A stretch of DNA of 64,000 nucleotides from Octopus vulgaris (lineage: Eukaryota), in NCBI GenBank assembly GCA_951406725.2, contig OX597814.1, positions 174,096,001-174,160,000 of the forward strand, written 5' to 3'. Under the pieces are notes generated by a model, which saw only the letters and a program-made list of their open reading frames with translations, did not search any database and was not told the DNA's origin. A program made the translations under genes and the position numbers. Below, piece by piece: positions 1-12,461 of the stretch (position 1 is the stretch's first letter; every line of letters begins with the position of its first letter).

Positions 1-567
1 AACTTCAGTAATAAATAGGAATAATCAAAATAATCATCCTCCACTTTGATTATTAAGAGGTTTCCGTCCGTCTGTTAAGCTAGACATAAACTTCAGTTGT
101 ATTCGTAGAAAAGAATAATGCTGATATCAGCCCCATTCTTTCTTCAGACATTTTGTCTTCTACAGATAGACGTAGTGACGGCAACTACTGGTTGTTGATG
201 TTTTTGTCCCGGGTCAGGCTGAATTGCAGAACTATGATCAGAGGCATTTAGCCGTGACTGTACCACCTCTATTTTCTCTAGACATATTTTGGGCTACATT
301 ATCCAATGTTTTTCTCTGCAAAGACACGGTGTGGTTTGAGGGAGACTTGGCTGATATTTTAAGTCCCTCGAAGAGACCCCACTTGTTGATTGTAGTAAAT
401 ATTAACTGAGGTAAGAAAGATACAGTTAGATTCGTAGTGGAACTTTATCACTCCTCTTATTAAAATTCACCTCTGCTATCCTGAAGGTTGAGGTTTTTCC
501 ATATGTAAAGCAAAATTTCACCTTAAAAGTCAGGTCACTAACAACGCTTCAAAGCAAATATTTTTGT

Positions 568-658
568 AGCGAAGGTAAAGAATACGCACACCACTCGTTT
601 TCGGCGTAACAAAAAGCCTAACCCTAAACACTGGGTGTGCGTATTCTTTATCTTCGTC
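568..658. mobile_element. 91-bp MITE with 23-bp TIRs and 9-bp target duplication (MULE-like)
   Basis: cgaaggtaaagaatacgcacacc (570-592) pairs with 634-656 (1 mismatch). Flanks are TATTTTTGT (559-567) and TGTTTTTGT (659-667). Internal cctaaccctaa. Confidence 0.7.
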
Positions 659-1389
659 TGTTTTTGTATTTGATGCATGTTGTTTAGATTTAGGTCAACC
701 CCGATAATATAAGTTTGTAATCAAAAGTATCGTTGCCATGACTGTCCTGTCTTCTTAGTTGGTTTTTTGTTTCCACATAGTTATCTAGGGATCGGATACG
801 TCTTTTTTAAGGGAGGTTTGGTTGCTATTGTTTGCAGATCGAACACCCACAATGCGGTTACTCGTTGTCTGGTCTTAGGTTTTCTTTTCTTATATGTCCA
901 CTATGTATTTATCTTGACCTAATTCTACAATGTCTGTGTACTACCTGCCATTATCTCAATAACATTTCTCCATTCATTTCACATTGTCCTACCTATATCT
1001 ATTTCACCGATTTACATTTGATATATATCAACCTTAAATTCGTGCTGGCTGTCCAATGAATCAACTCATTTTCTCAGTATTTACATTTTCAGATCCACTG
1101 ATCATATTTCTTTGTCACGCATTACCCCTATTTTGGTTGGGTACAGACCAAAATCAAAATACCATCACACAAGACAAAAGTTCATTTTTATAAGTGTGAG
1201 CATTAATTAAGACTCTTCTCCTCCATTAATATTCATTGGAGTTAGTCCTCAGGTACATCCTTCATAGGGTCCTATCAGAAGCAACAGTCAAACTGTTATA
1301 CTTTCATTTTAGACACCCCAGCATAACCAACAGAGGCTATGGATATTATCCAGTCATCCCCAGCATGACCAACAGAGGCTGTGGATATT

Positions 1390-1870
1390 ATCCAATCATC
1401 TTATACTCTTAGTTTATCCCTAATTCTTCTGCCAGTTGGCTCAGTTTGAAAAATGATTTGCGATCCTTTCCTATGACATTCTAACCACAGAGGTCACAGC
1501 TCCATATTTTTTGAGCTATGGCTCTCAGTGAAGAGAAGTAACGGCTCAACCTAGAGAAACTCTCTGAGCTATACACTCTGTTGTGTAACATTACTCTAGT
1601 GTTCCTTTGGAGGCACCCCTTTTCACTCAGCCACTTGTAGTCATACTTTTTCAGCTTATTACCGAATATTCACGACCATAGGTGAGGATAGGCATGCAAA
1701 CCAAATACTTAAATGATAGCATTTTTTTTTTTTACCAGCCTCTCCTTTTCTGAGGATCAAATGCTGGAGCAGGCACATTAATATTCATGCATCTAATTCA
1801 GCCTCCTGCTTCCTGTTACTCATAGATATTACTCTCAGGGTACTTAGATTTCTCCATTTGACTTAGTAGT
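1390..1870 (-). mobile_element. Decayed RTE-type LINE ORF2 3' fragment
   Basis: Minus-strand translation gives remnants such as PILTYGRE and QEAELDA, with many stops and frameshifts. Confidence 0.45.
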
Positions 1871-2019
1871 GTTTCACTATCATGCCTTAATTTCTATTAT
1901 GTTTATGTCTGGCTTGTCCTCTTGCACTGGTTGTTATTGCTGTTTAACCTTTAAATCATTATGATCAAGTAACCCTATTATGAGACATTCAAACCATGAC
2001 CATCCCATGTTTTACCTTG

Positions 2020-2053
<34 letters not shown>

Positions 2054-2574
2054 CCAGAATCAATGTGTCCCTTCTCTAAGACTGGACAGTGTGATTTGAG
2101 AGAGCTTTAGCTGCTAATTCTTAGGTCAACCAACTGGATATAGGTTCCCGTCATGAGAACCTTTATCTTAGTAAGTACAAGATAACTATTACTTGATAAT
2201 CATTATCAAGCAATAGCCCATAATCTGCTGGCTTGTATTAAGTGTTCCAACTGTTATTAGCACTTAGTTCCTCTTCTGTTATTTGTTGCTTCTATCACTT
2301 CAGTGTAATGTGTCTTAAGTTTTGTGAGACGCTGGTTGTGTAATGTTTATGGTACCGAGCTACTTACTGACCACAGCATCAGTCTTCAGTTCTCTAAGAA
2401 AGATTATTTTGATGTCCATTTTCCAGGCTTGCATGGGTCAGATAGAATTTCATTGAGGCAGATTTTCTACGGCTGGATGCCCTTCCTGTCACCAACCCCA
2501 ACCCTCACCTATTTCCAAGTAAGGATATATTTCCCCACACACACATGTATGTATATATATATATATATATATAT

Positions 2575-2862
2575 ATCATCGTGACCGACCAGGCTATCAG
2601 ATGTTACTACACATTGCTGGTCGGAATGTGCTTCACATTGTTTTAGCCTTCAAATGACGCCACCCTGCTGGCTAAGCAAGCAGGCCAACAGAAGAAAGAG
2701 TGAGAGAAAGTTGTGGCGAAAGAGTACAGCAGGGATCGCTACCACCCCCTGCTAGAGCATCGTGGAGCTTTAGGTATTTTCGCTCAATAAACACTCACAA
2801 CGCCCAGTCTGGAAATTGAAACCGCGAGTCTGCTGCCCTAACCACTGGGCCATTGCGCCTCC
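2575..2862 (-). mobile_element. tRNA-derived SINE (family D)
   Basis: Minus-strand head tggaggcgcaatggcccagtggttagggc (A-box) with a simple-repeat tail. Confidence 0.7.
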
Positions 2863-3519
2863 ACATGTATATATATGACAGATGACAGGTTTCCTAAATC
2901 TATTCACTAGGATTTGGTCACCCCAGGGTTGCAATAGAAGATATATGCCCAAGGTGCCACACAGTGGGATTGAACCTAGAACCATGTGGTTGGGAAGCAA
3001 ACTTCTTACCACACAGCTACACCTGTGCCTGCTTAGTAATTGAAAATTTTTTTTATATTTATTTGTCTATGTTAATAGGAATGGGATAATTTTATATATT
3101 GGGGAGAAGAGTTCCATATTGTTGGAAGAATTGTTTTCCAAAGATTTCCTTCTTACTGCTTAAAGATTAGAGCTGTTTATATACTGAAAACACTGAAACT
3201 AATAGTAGTCTGCTTCAATCAGTAACATCAGAAAATAATTGTCATAAGATTTGTATTTATGATCATGTAATTAGTATTGCAATGCTGTTAATGTCATGCT
3301 AATGTTCTTCAAATGACTTTATTGATTTTTGCCTAATTCAAAGAAAAAATTTTAAGATTAAGCTTGTGAACTTAAAATTAAATAGGTAACCTTTTTACAT
3401 GGTTTAGTTAATAACCTTTATAAGCTCTCCAATTTGGTAAAAGATTGACATGGTTTATATTCAGCTTAAACATCTGTTAGTCAATATGTGTAAGAAAAAA
3501 AAAAGGGTTGGGGAGAGAA

Positions 3520-4050
3520 TTCTACAGGGTTGGCATACTGGGATGAAAGAAACGAGCCTGATAGTTCATATGAAGTCTTAGGCAATGAGACACAGTAGGG
3601 TTGATGAAAGGAGGAGAGGCAAGCATTTTCAAGTCTTTCAGGTGAAGATGGTCTGTAACTAGCTGGTTCAGAGGAGCAGAAGTCATGGAAGTAGTAATAA
3701 AATAAGCAGGGAGAGAAAATAGTATGTCTGTAGGCTTGAAGTTGTGTGTTAATGAGACAGACTTCATTAATTTATTGGATGGCTCTCTTTCAAATATCAT
3801 GCAGGATGTTTTTATTTGTAGCGACAAGACTTTCCGATATGAGAGCAATACTTCATCATGGCTCTTGAGTTATATTCCTACTTCCTATTCATTTTATTAT
3901 AAAACAGACTGGACAGTAAGCAGGAAAGAATTTGCCCAAATCGCTACATTCTACCCCCAGTGATAAACTACAGCATGTCATTGTTGCATAGCAGGGTTTT
4001 CAGCTAGATTGTGTCTATAAACCAGAAGCAATGAATCTCCTTGATCAGAG
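3520..4050 (-). mobile_element. Decayed CR1/Jockey-like LINE fragment
   Basis: Minus-strand remnant MKYCSHI resembles the post-RT EYCSHIW motif; otherwise degenerate. Confidence 0.4.
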
Positions 4051-4086
4051 CTGATCATGAGATAACCAACAGTATTATCATCATTA

Positions 4087-4920
4087 AGGTGGTAAACTGG
4101 CAGAGTTACTAATGCCAGACAAAATGCTTTGGGGCATTTCTTCTGGCTCTTTAAGTTCTGAATTTAAATTCCCCCAAGGTTGACTTAACCTTTCATCCTT
4201 TGGGGGTCAATAAAATATGTGCCCCTTGAGCACTGGGGTTGATGTATTCAACTAACTTTCTTCCCCTACATTTCAGGCCTTATGCCTACAGTAAAAAGAA
4301 TTGCTATTTGGGTACTTTTGTAACCTTTGATATGGCAGGGTAATCCAGGCCTTTGTGTAGTGTTTTACCTGAATTCCTCTAGAAAGTCTCCCTCCTCATC
4401 ATTGGGGAACTTGGTGAAATTTTGTTATTTCTTTATTTTTGTTGACTTCTTTTTGTTTGATGTACCCTCATTTTTGTGTCTTGTATTTAGTCCTCTATGT
4501 CTACGGCCCTTGTGGCTAATATATTTTGCAATGTTTCTTCCAACACTTTAAATTCTGAGTTCAAATCCTGCCAAAGTCAACTTTGTCTTTTGTCCTTTCA
4601 GGGTCGATAAAAATAAAGTACTAGTCCAAACACTGAGGTCATAACTGACTAACTTCCTTTCCCAAAATTACTGACCTTTTTCCTAAATTAGAAACAATTA
4701 CCATTGTTATCAGGGCGATAGAATGGCAAAATCGTTAAAGTGCCAGTTAAACTACCTTACAGGATTTGTTCTTACTTTTTTTAGTTCAAATTTACTCTGA
4801 AGTCATCTTTGTCTTTCATCCTTCTGGAGGTGTCAATAAATTAAAACACTAGAATTGATGTAATTAACTAAGCTCCTCCCCCTTAAAATGGCTGGCCTTT
4901 TGCCTCAAATTAGAAACAAT
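4087..4920 (+). mobile_element. Three degenerate SINE family B copies in tandem
   Basis: Repeated core ctttcatcctt(t/c)(g/a)gggtc(g/a)ataaa...agtac near 4190, 4590 and 4815. Confidence 0.6.
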
Positions 4921-5118
4921 TATTTTTTTATTTTATTTTTTTCTCTGTGTATGCATGCATGTATGCAAAGTTTGTGTGAAGCAATGTGTATCTAGTTTCA
5001 TACTGCTTCATGCTAAAGCTTTAGTCAGGAAAATAATCTGATGTGTTATTGAGACAGAGACAATATAATAAAATGAAATATATGTATAGATGGCTGTTTG
5101 GTTTTAGTTTTCTCTCAG

Positions 5119-5278
5119 GTGTACACTGACTTGTGTAATGACCCATTACTTCCGATGTACTGTAGTGTGATGGTTCAATGATGATTGATGTAGATTAGAT
5201 TTCATTTTAGCCTTTGCTGAAAACATGACAAAGATGAATATTTTTACAGAAATCAGGTTTTTTTTTTTTTTTATTATT
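5119..5278 (+). other. Candidate orphan exon (5' UTR or alternative first coding exon)
   Basis: Acceptor ttttctctcag and donor ATT|gtaagt in non-repeat sequence. ATG 5225 reads MTKMNIFTEIRFFFFFII to the donor in phase 0. Confidence 0.22.
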
Positions 5279-5720
5279 GTAAGTTGTAATCATTGCAGGA
5301 GAAATTTTGACTTTTGGTTCTTAATTACCCTTGTGGTTTAGTGATCAAAAAATGCCAAACATCTACAGCACCCCTTTTTTTTTATAGTTGAAAAAGATTT
5401 TTTATTGGTTAAAAAGAATTTAAAAGCATGGGAAAAAGTCAAGCAAAATTTAAAATTCTTTGCAACCGATTTTCTGTGGTTGGATGCCCTTCCTATTGCC
5501 AACCCTCACCTGTTTCCAAGCTGAGTAGTATTTCCCCATGGCCAGACATGTTTTGGCAGAAGATTGGAAACAAACTATACTACCTGCAGTGTCAAGACAC
5601 ACACACACCCTTTAAAACAATAATTTTCTAATAAAGACACAAAAATGTTTTTAATGAGTGTCATTCATACGTTTCAGAGTTATTTTGTAAGGAGAAGGTG
5701 TATATGTATGTATGTATGTA

Positions 5721-5784
<64 letters not shown>

Positions 5785-6835
5785 CAAACTAAACACTTGT
5801 AAGTGTATATCATGCACTGACATTTATACTTATTTGCCTGACATTTATACTTATTTATATTGACTTTAGTAGATAGAATAAAAAAACGAGTTGATTGTAA
5901 TAATTTGAGGAGTTATAGTGAAAAGGACATGGCTGTGGTTGTTACTGTTGTTGCTTAACCTCAGGTTTGCTTCACCCACAGTCCTATGTCCCTTTCACTG
6001 ATCTTAACAACAATCTGCTACCTTCCTTGATTTGTCTTCTGCTTTCCTTAACCACAATCCTCAATCTTTTGTCACCATGGCCCCCTGTCTTCCTTGATTA
6101 GTCTTCTGTCTTCTTTATCGCAATGGCTATTGTTTGTGTGTATGCACACACATACACAGGATGTCCATAAATTATCTTTACAACTTTCACAATTTGTCAT
6201 TTGGATAAAACTTCTGCCTGGAATCGAACTCGGAATCTTAAGCACTCCTAACTACTTTGGAATCTTAAGCCCGCACTCTTAACCACTACACCATATGTCC
6301 ATGGGGCAATTATGGAGTGAATTTTAGGGCTTATAAATCTAATATTTTCCTATCCTTCCTTAAATATAGAACTGGATAAACATGAATTGTAAATATGGAG
6401 AGTTGGAAGAAAACAAGCTTTTTTGATAAGATGAGTTTTCTTAATTCTTTATTTGGAAAAATCATTGAATTGTGTTTTCCAGTCTAACTATACTTTGTGT
6501 GATAGTGAAATATGGACATCTAATACTGAAGGTCATTTTTCATCAAAATATTCCAACTGCAATCATTCCATCTTCTTGGGGTGTATTTAGGACTACATTA
6601 TCTCATATGCCTATTTTAAGATGATTAAGTAAGATTTGGTTCCTATTTCTAGCAGGGCAAGTGACTACTTAGATATTCTTATTTGGTTCATGTATAACAT
6701 GAACTTGAGATAGACGAATTGTATATGAGTTGAAAACATATCTCTCAAAGAACTGATCGGCTGTCTGTCTGAAGAGTTTGTGTTGTTGCAACTGTTTGGT
6801 TCAGGAAGAGAGGGCAGTACCCATATCCTTCACAA

Positions 6836-7080
6836 CTGTGGTCCCCCACCCTTTTAAGCCACAGACCGGTTTCATGCAAGAACTGGGACGAATCAATCAC
6901 ATAGCAAAACACAAAGTGCATGATATTTAATTTAATTATTACATATATAACTCACACATAATGTGAAACCACCTTGCAAACTGCATTGGTCAATAAAATA
7001 CAAATAAAATTTTTTAATGTTTTCTTTCTGTGCAACCCAATACTAAATGATACTGGTTGTCTGATGGTTGGGGACCCCTG
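6836..7080. mobile_element. hAT-like MITE remnant
   Basis: Ends ggtcccccacc... and ...ggttggggacccctg are imperfect terminal inverted repeats. Confidence 0.4.
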
Positions 7081-7891
7081 CCTTACAGGGCCTGTTAGAT
7101 TGATTGGGTTGATGCAGTTGATGTTGGGTGGGGTTAGGTAAGTAGAGCTTCTGAGGATTGTTGTTCTGGGGCATATGGAGTAAGCAGAATATTTAGTATA
7201 GTGTTCAGGGAGTCAGACACAATATGGATGTCATGGGGAAAAGAAGTATGCTTGAGTGGGGTACTTACTCTATAGTTAAGTACCAAGGAACTAAAACCAT
7301 TGTAATTTCAACAGAGGAGGCAAAGAACATATCATATTAGTTTGCTAGTACATTCTTTGTTGGTTTATGAGTGAAAGCTTGTCCATCAGTCAGCTGTCCT
7401 TTGACTGGGAGGCAGGAATGTAGTCTGAAATATGCGTTTATGTCATAACTGTCCCAGCTATGTGAGCAGAACTCTTATGTGGGCCGCATTTACTCTGAGA
7501 TAAAGTAGTTACTCTAGACTTTGGAGTGTTCTTGGTAGGATTAAAACTTTATGACCAATCTCCTAGTGTGAGTGAAATATAGGTTCTAAACCGATGATGG
7601 TACACAATTCTAACAGGAATAATAAGCAATGTTATCAAATAACCAAATAATTATGAAGTTATGATTTGCTTCAAGTCAGTAGTCAGAAAGTCTGGCAAAT
7701 CTTTCATTGTGTATCATATTAGTGTTAATTACGGTAGAAAATGGATACTTATTGATTTCTGTAGATTCATTATCTTCTGTTTCTATAGTGACTAGAAATA
7801 AGATTTTATCAAAATCTGGTGGCCAGTGTAATTGGATTCTCTTTATCAAAACTATTAGGGAAAAGAGACTTAAGTGGCACTGTTCTGTTCT

Positions 7892-8456
7892 TCATCATCA
7901 TCATCATCATCATCGTTTAGCGTCCGCTTTCCATGCTAGCATGGGTTGGACGGGTCAACTGGGGTCTGTGGAGCTGGAAGGCTTCGTCAGGCCCAGTCAG
8001 ATCTGGCAGTGTTTCTACGGCTGGATGCCCTTCCTAACGCCAACCACTCCGTGAGTGTAGTGGGTGTTTTTTACGTGCCACCTGCACAGGTGCCAGACAG
8101 AGCTGGCGAACAGCCATGAACGGATAGTGCTTTTACATGTCACCGGCACGGGGCCAGGCGATGCTGGCAACGGACACGAACAGATGGTGCTTTTACGTGC
8201 CACCGACACGGGACCAGACAGAGCTGGCAACCGGCCACGAACGGACGGTGCTTTTACATGTCACCGGCACGGGGGCCAGCCGAGGCTGGCAACGGACGCG
8301 AACGGATGGTGCTTTTACGTGCCACCGACACGGTTGCCAGACAGAGCTGGCAAACAGCCACGAGCGGACGGTGCTTTTACGTGTCACCGGCACGGGGGCC
8401 AGCCGAGGCTGGCAACGGACACGGACGGATGGTGCTTTTACGTGCCACCGACACAT
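7892..8456 (-). mobile_element. SINE family C ((GAT)n tail, ggaagggcatccagccgtagaaa core) carrying a GC-rich ~61-bp minisatellite
   Basis: Same body as 23241-23475 and 51421-51932. About 6.4 alternating units beginning tgcttttacrtgycacc at 8065-8454. Confidence 0.75.
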
Positions 8457-8720
8457 CAATTTTTTTAGTAAAATTGGGCAGTGGTCCAGATGTTATTACT
8501 GTGGTTGCCCTATCTTCAGGTCAACCCTGATCACACAGGTCTGTGATCAAAGGCATTACAGCTGCAATTACCCTATTGTTTTGCATTCCTAGAATAACAT
8601 TGTCCAGCATTGCATGTTATCCATAGTTTTGCTGGACTAGATCACCAACCTATAAAAGGGTAACTGTACTTAGGGGAAGATATCACTGTGAATAGTGGAA
8701 TCATGGAATCACTATAATAA

Positions 8721-8885
8721 TCTATTGTGTCTGGAGAGAGTCATTTTCTTTTTGTGCCTTATTATGTAACACACTCAGCAGTAAAAAGAAGTTTAAGAAG
8801 TAGTAAAAAAAAGTGGAAATTTTACTGGTGAGTGTGTTACATAATAAGGCACAAAAAGAAAATGACTCTCCCCAGACACAATAGA
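8721..8885. repeat. 66-bp inverted repeat (fold-back)
   Basis: Arms 8721-8786 and 8820-8885 with 2 mismatches and a 33-nt purine-rich loop. Confidence 0.9.
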
Positions 8886-9464
8886 ATATGCTTCAACACA
8901 CGAACTCATATAATCTTGCTAACCAAATCCAAATCCAAAAACGAAATACTATAATTAATGTTTGTGTTTTGTTATCAAGTAGTGCTGGATTCGATCCTAC
9001 TTTGAGTACAAGTTGGTATAGGTATGAGAGGTTATTTTTTACATGTGTTCTGCTGGTACTGAAAATCTTCACTTGTGCACCAATATGTAAACTCCCATAA
9101 CCAATGGGATATGGAGCTCACTACCATCATTGATTTGAAAATTGATTGCTATTTCATGCTATTTTGAAGCTTATCATTTAGAGATTGTGTAGAAATAGAG
9201 AGTTGGTTATATAAATGCTTTGTGTATGGTGTCACATTCAACGTTTAATATTTCTCTGTTCAAGTTAAGCATTCAATGCTTAACATTTCTCAACCTTATG
9301 AATCTAGCTAATGAATTAAGCAGCGGTAATGTAATATACTTCAGTTAATTGTTAACTAAAACACTTACCCCACTGTGCTAAGGGTGCTTCTATGTAACCA
9401 CTCAATCTCTTCAATGCAGCAAAAACAAACTTTCTCTTACCATTTTTAAAAAACAGTCCATATG

Positions 9465-9662
9465 TAAACCTTTAGCATTCAGATTATTCTGTCAAATGTA
9501 ATGCTTATTTATTCACATTGTCTTGAATTAATCATGCATTATCTCATAGTTTCAAGATTACATTGATGTTATTACTCCTTTTTTAGAATGACATGATAGG
9601 GTGGGTGTGAATCTGGCCATTTTGAACAGAAAATGTGGCCAGTTTAAAAGCTAAAGAGTTAA
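9465..9662 (+). mobile_element. piggyBac-type MITE family 2 (degenerate)
   Basis: Same body as 24003-24229 with decayed TTAA-CCCT ends. Confidence 0.65.
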
Positions 9663-10125
9663 CATACCCAAAGATAGAATTTGTTAAAATAAGTAAATTT
9701 GTGTTATCTTATTCATCTATGCACAGGCATAACTAGGTTAAGAAGCTTACATTGTGACCATGTAGTTTTGAGTTCTGTCTCACTGTGCAGTACCTTGGAT
9801 AGTCCTAGGATGACCAATACTTTGTGAAGGAATTTGGTTGCTGAAAATTGTGTGAACTGTCTGGAAGCCCATCATTGTGTGTGTGCGTGTGCACGCGCAT
9901 CTCACCCCCACATCTACTTGCCAACCAGTGTTGGTTTGTTTACATCCCTGTAACTTAACAGCTCAGTAAAAGTGACTGACAGAATAAGTACCAGATTTTA
10001 AAAATAAGTACTGGGGTCAATTTATAAAACTAAAAACCCTTCAACATGGTGTTCCAGAATGGCTGCAGTTCAATGATTTAAAAGATGTAAAAGACCAAAA
10101 AAACTAACATTTTCATTTTTTTTTT

Positions 10126-10501
10126 CTTTTACTTGTTTCAGTCATTTGACTGCGGCCATGCTGGAGCACCGCCTTTAGTCGAGCAACTCGACCCCAGGAC
10201 TTATTCTTTGTAAGCCCAGTACTTATTCTATCGGTCTCTTTTGCCGAACCGCTAAGTGACGGGGACATAACACACCAGCATCGGTTGTCAAGCAATGCTA
10301 GGGGGACAAACACAAATACACATATATATACATATATACGACGGGCTTCTTTCAGTTTCCATTTACCAAATCCACTCACAAGGCTTTGGTCGGCCCGAGG
10401 CTATAGTAGAGGACACTTGCCCAAGGTGCCACACAGTGGGACTGAACCCGGAACCATGTGGTTAGTAAGCAAGCTACTTACCACACAGCCACTCCTGCGC
10501 C
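10126..10501 (-). mobile_element. tRNA-derived SINE family A, full length
   Basis: Minus-strand head ggcgcaggagtggctgtgtggtaag...gggttcagtccc; tail gactgaaacaagtaaaag. Lies tail-to-tail with a degenerate + copy at ~9720-10095. Confidence 0.85.
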
Positions 10502-11039
10502 ATTATGCACATTTTTTTCTCATGACATAGTAATTAATTCTTCTTAATTGTTTTCAGCTCATTAAATAATTGACCTTTAACTTCTCATGGCCTATTCATT
10601 TATTGACCTTAACTGCTGCTATATAAAGTCTTGTTTTGTCAAAGAGCCAAAACCAATTATACCTATTGACTGCAATCTGCAATAAATAAATAGTATTAAA
10701 AACCAGAAATTCAGTGCCTACAATATATTAGAATATCTAAACCTGTCATTATATAACACCAAACATTATCATAAACTTAAGACTTCGTGAGAATTTCTCA
10801 CTCTGAAACTTAACAAAGTTTCCTTATTCACAGACATTTCTCACAGATATATATATATATATTTATAAACTTGGCAAAGCGACAAATGAAGATTATGCTT
10901 TTAACGAATAATTACTACTGTTACTACTACTATTACACGCATATGCATGCGCAATAAAGTAGGGTATCATTGACCTTGTCCTAAGTATGCAAACAAAAGA
11001 CTTCGATAATTAATGTATTTCTTTTTCATATAATGGTAA

Positions 11040-11465
11040 TGATAAAGGTTTCACATTTTAGCACAAGGCCAGTAGGAGGGGTAAGTTAATTATTTAGGGG
11101 AGGGGTAAGTTAATTATTTTATTGATCCCGAAAGGATGAAAGGGCAAAGTCAACCTTGGCAGAATTTGAACTCAGAACTTGAAGCTGAAAGAAATGTCAC
11201 TAAACATTTTGCCCAGTGTGCTAACAATTCTACCTTAATAATAATAATAATAATCCTTTCTATTAGAGGCATTAAGCCCGATATTTGTGGGGAGGGGACT
11301 AGTTGATTACATTGACCCTAGTGCTCAACCGGTATTTATTTTATCAACCCCAAAAGGATAAAAGGTAAAATTGTCCTTGGTGAAATTTGAACTCAGAACG
11401 TAAAGACGAAATGTATCTAAGCATTTTGTCTGGCATCCTAACAATTCTAACTCATCACCCTCATA
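11040..11465 (-). mobile_element. Two SINE family B copies
   Basis: Reverse complement of the family B core (cccgaaaggatgaaagg...aatttgaactcagaac) occurs twice. Confidence 0.65.
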
Positions 11466-11941
11466 ATAATAATAATAAAGTCAGTAAACATAGCAGTACA
11501 TTTGTTTTCAAGGTTAGTTAATTAATATTTATGCACAGCATATATTAGAGACTTAAGATAAATTTAAAGTAGATAAACTACAGGTTTTTCATGTGAAAAT
11601 TTAAGCTGATGTAAATGCACCTTACTGTTTCTTTCATACACAGAAAGATAGGAAATTGTCCTGATATATATGCTTCATAATTCATTGACCACTCATCAAA
11701 GGACAAGTACGCTCTCATCCTTCTACCTATGAAGAGGATTTATAGCTTACTATTTCAATCAAACATAGACCAGAACTTTGCTGTAATGGCAATACTAATT
11801 TACATGCCATGTATTTATCAATAGCATGATTAATTAGCAAATGTTTATGCACAATGCAGCCTGTATTAGAAACCTAAGATAAATTTTAAGTAGTTTACAT
11901 GTGTGTGAGCACACATACATTTGTATATGTTACATTAAGTA

Positions 11942-12461
11942 CAGGGTGATTGAAAAGTGACTCCCTATTTCAAAATACTTATCCCTATTTATTAATCGTA
12001 ATTTTTACAAAATAATGGATATGAGAGGAAAACTTTTAGTATGAGGTTTTATTTAAAATTGGATATGGGCTCCAGATGTTGCCACCAGCTTCTTAAGTCA
12101 ACAGATTTCACCAGGAACTCTTGTGGGATGAAAGACATAACTTCTCATATTCACCCTTCAAGTTCTTCCAAAGTCTTTGGTTTGGCTCAATAGGCTCGTT
12201 CCTTTAACCAACCCCAAAGAAAGAAATTACAAGGTGTTAAGTCAGGACTTCTGGTCGGCCACTCATGTGGACCACAATGACCCATCAATCTCCCAGGGAA
12301 GTGGGCATTCAGCCATTCACAAATGACAAGTGCAAAATGTAGAAGGGCGTCATCTTGCATGGAAATCAAATCTTCAGTATTTTCCCAAGCGCTGATAACT
12401 GGCCAGATATTATCTTGCAGCATAGTGAGGTACCATGGATAGTTACTTTTCAGTTACCCTG
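11942..12461 (-). mobile_element. Internally deleted Tc1/mariner-superfamily element with transposase C-terminal fragment
   Basis: TIRs cagggtgattgaaaagtgact / agttacttttcagttaccctg with TA flanks. Peptide QDDALLHF...WPTRSPDLTPCNFFLWGWLKE. Confidence 0.85.

Noticed and set aside
1316-1400. Short tandem duplications (42 bp here; also ~5816-5857 and 20837-20896)
   Set aside because: Ordinary slippage duplications with no functional context.
5178-5220. C/D box snoRNA (ATGATGA...CTGA)
   Set aside because: Only 43 nt from box C to box D, with no clear D'/C' boxes or recognisable guide.
5388-5470. Missing upstream EVI5 exon (EKDFLLVKK resembling LEKEY)
   Set aside because: Weak similarity, no suitable donor, and the frame runs into a SINE.
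6210-6300. tRNA gene on the minus strand (ggtgtagtggttaag...gagttcgattcc)
   Set aside because: A and B boxes are present, but an internal duplication breaks the cloverleaf; it is a tRNA-derived repeat head, like the other SINE heads.
8015-8592. Overlapping ORFs with repeated peptides
   Set aside because: They arise from the GC-rich minisatellite within a SINE.
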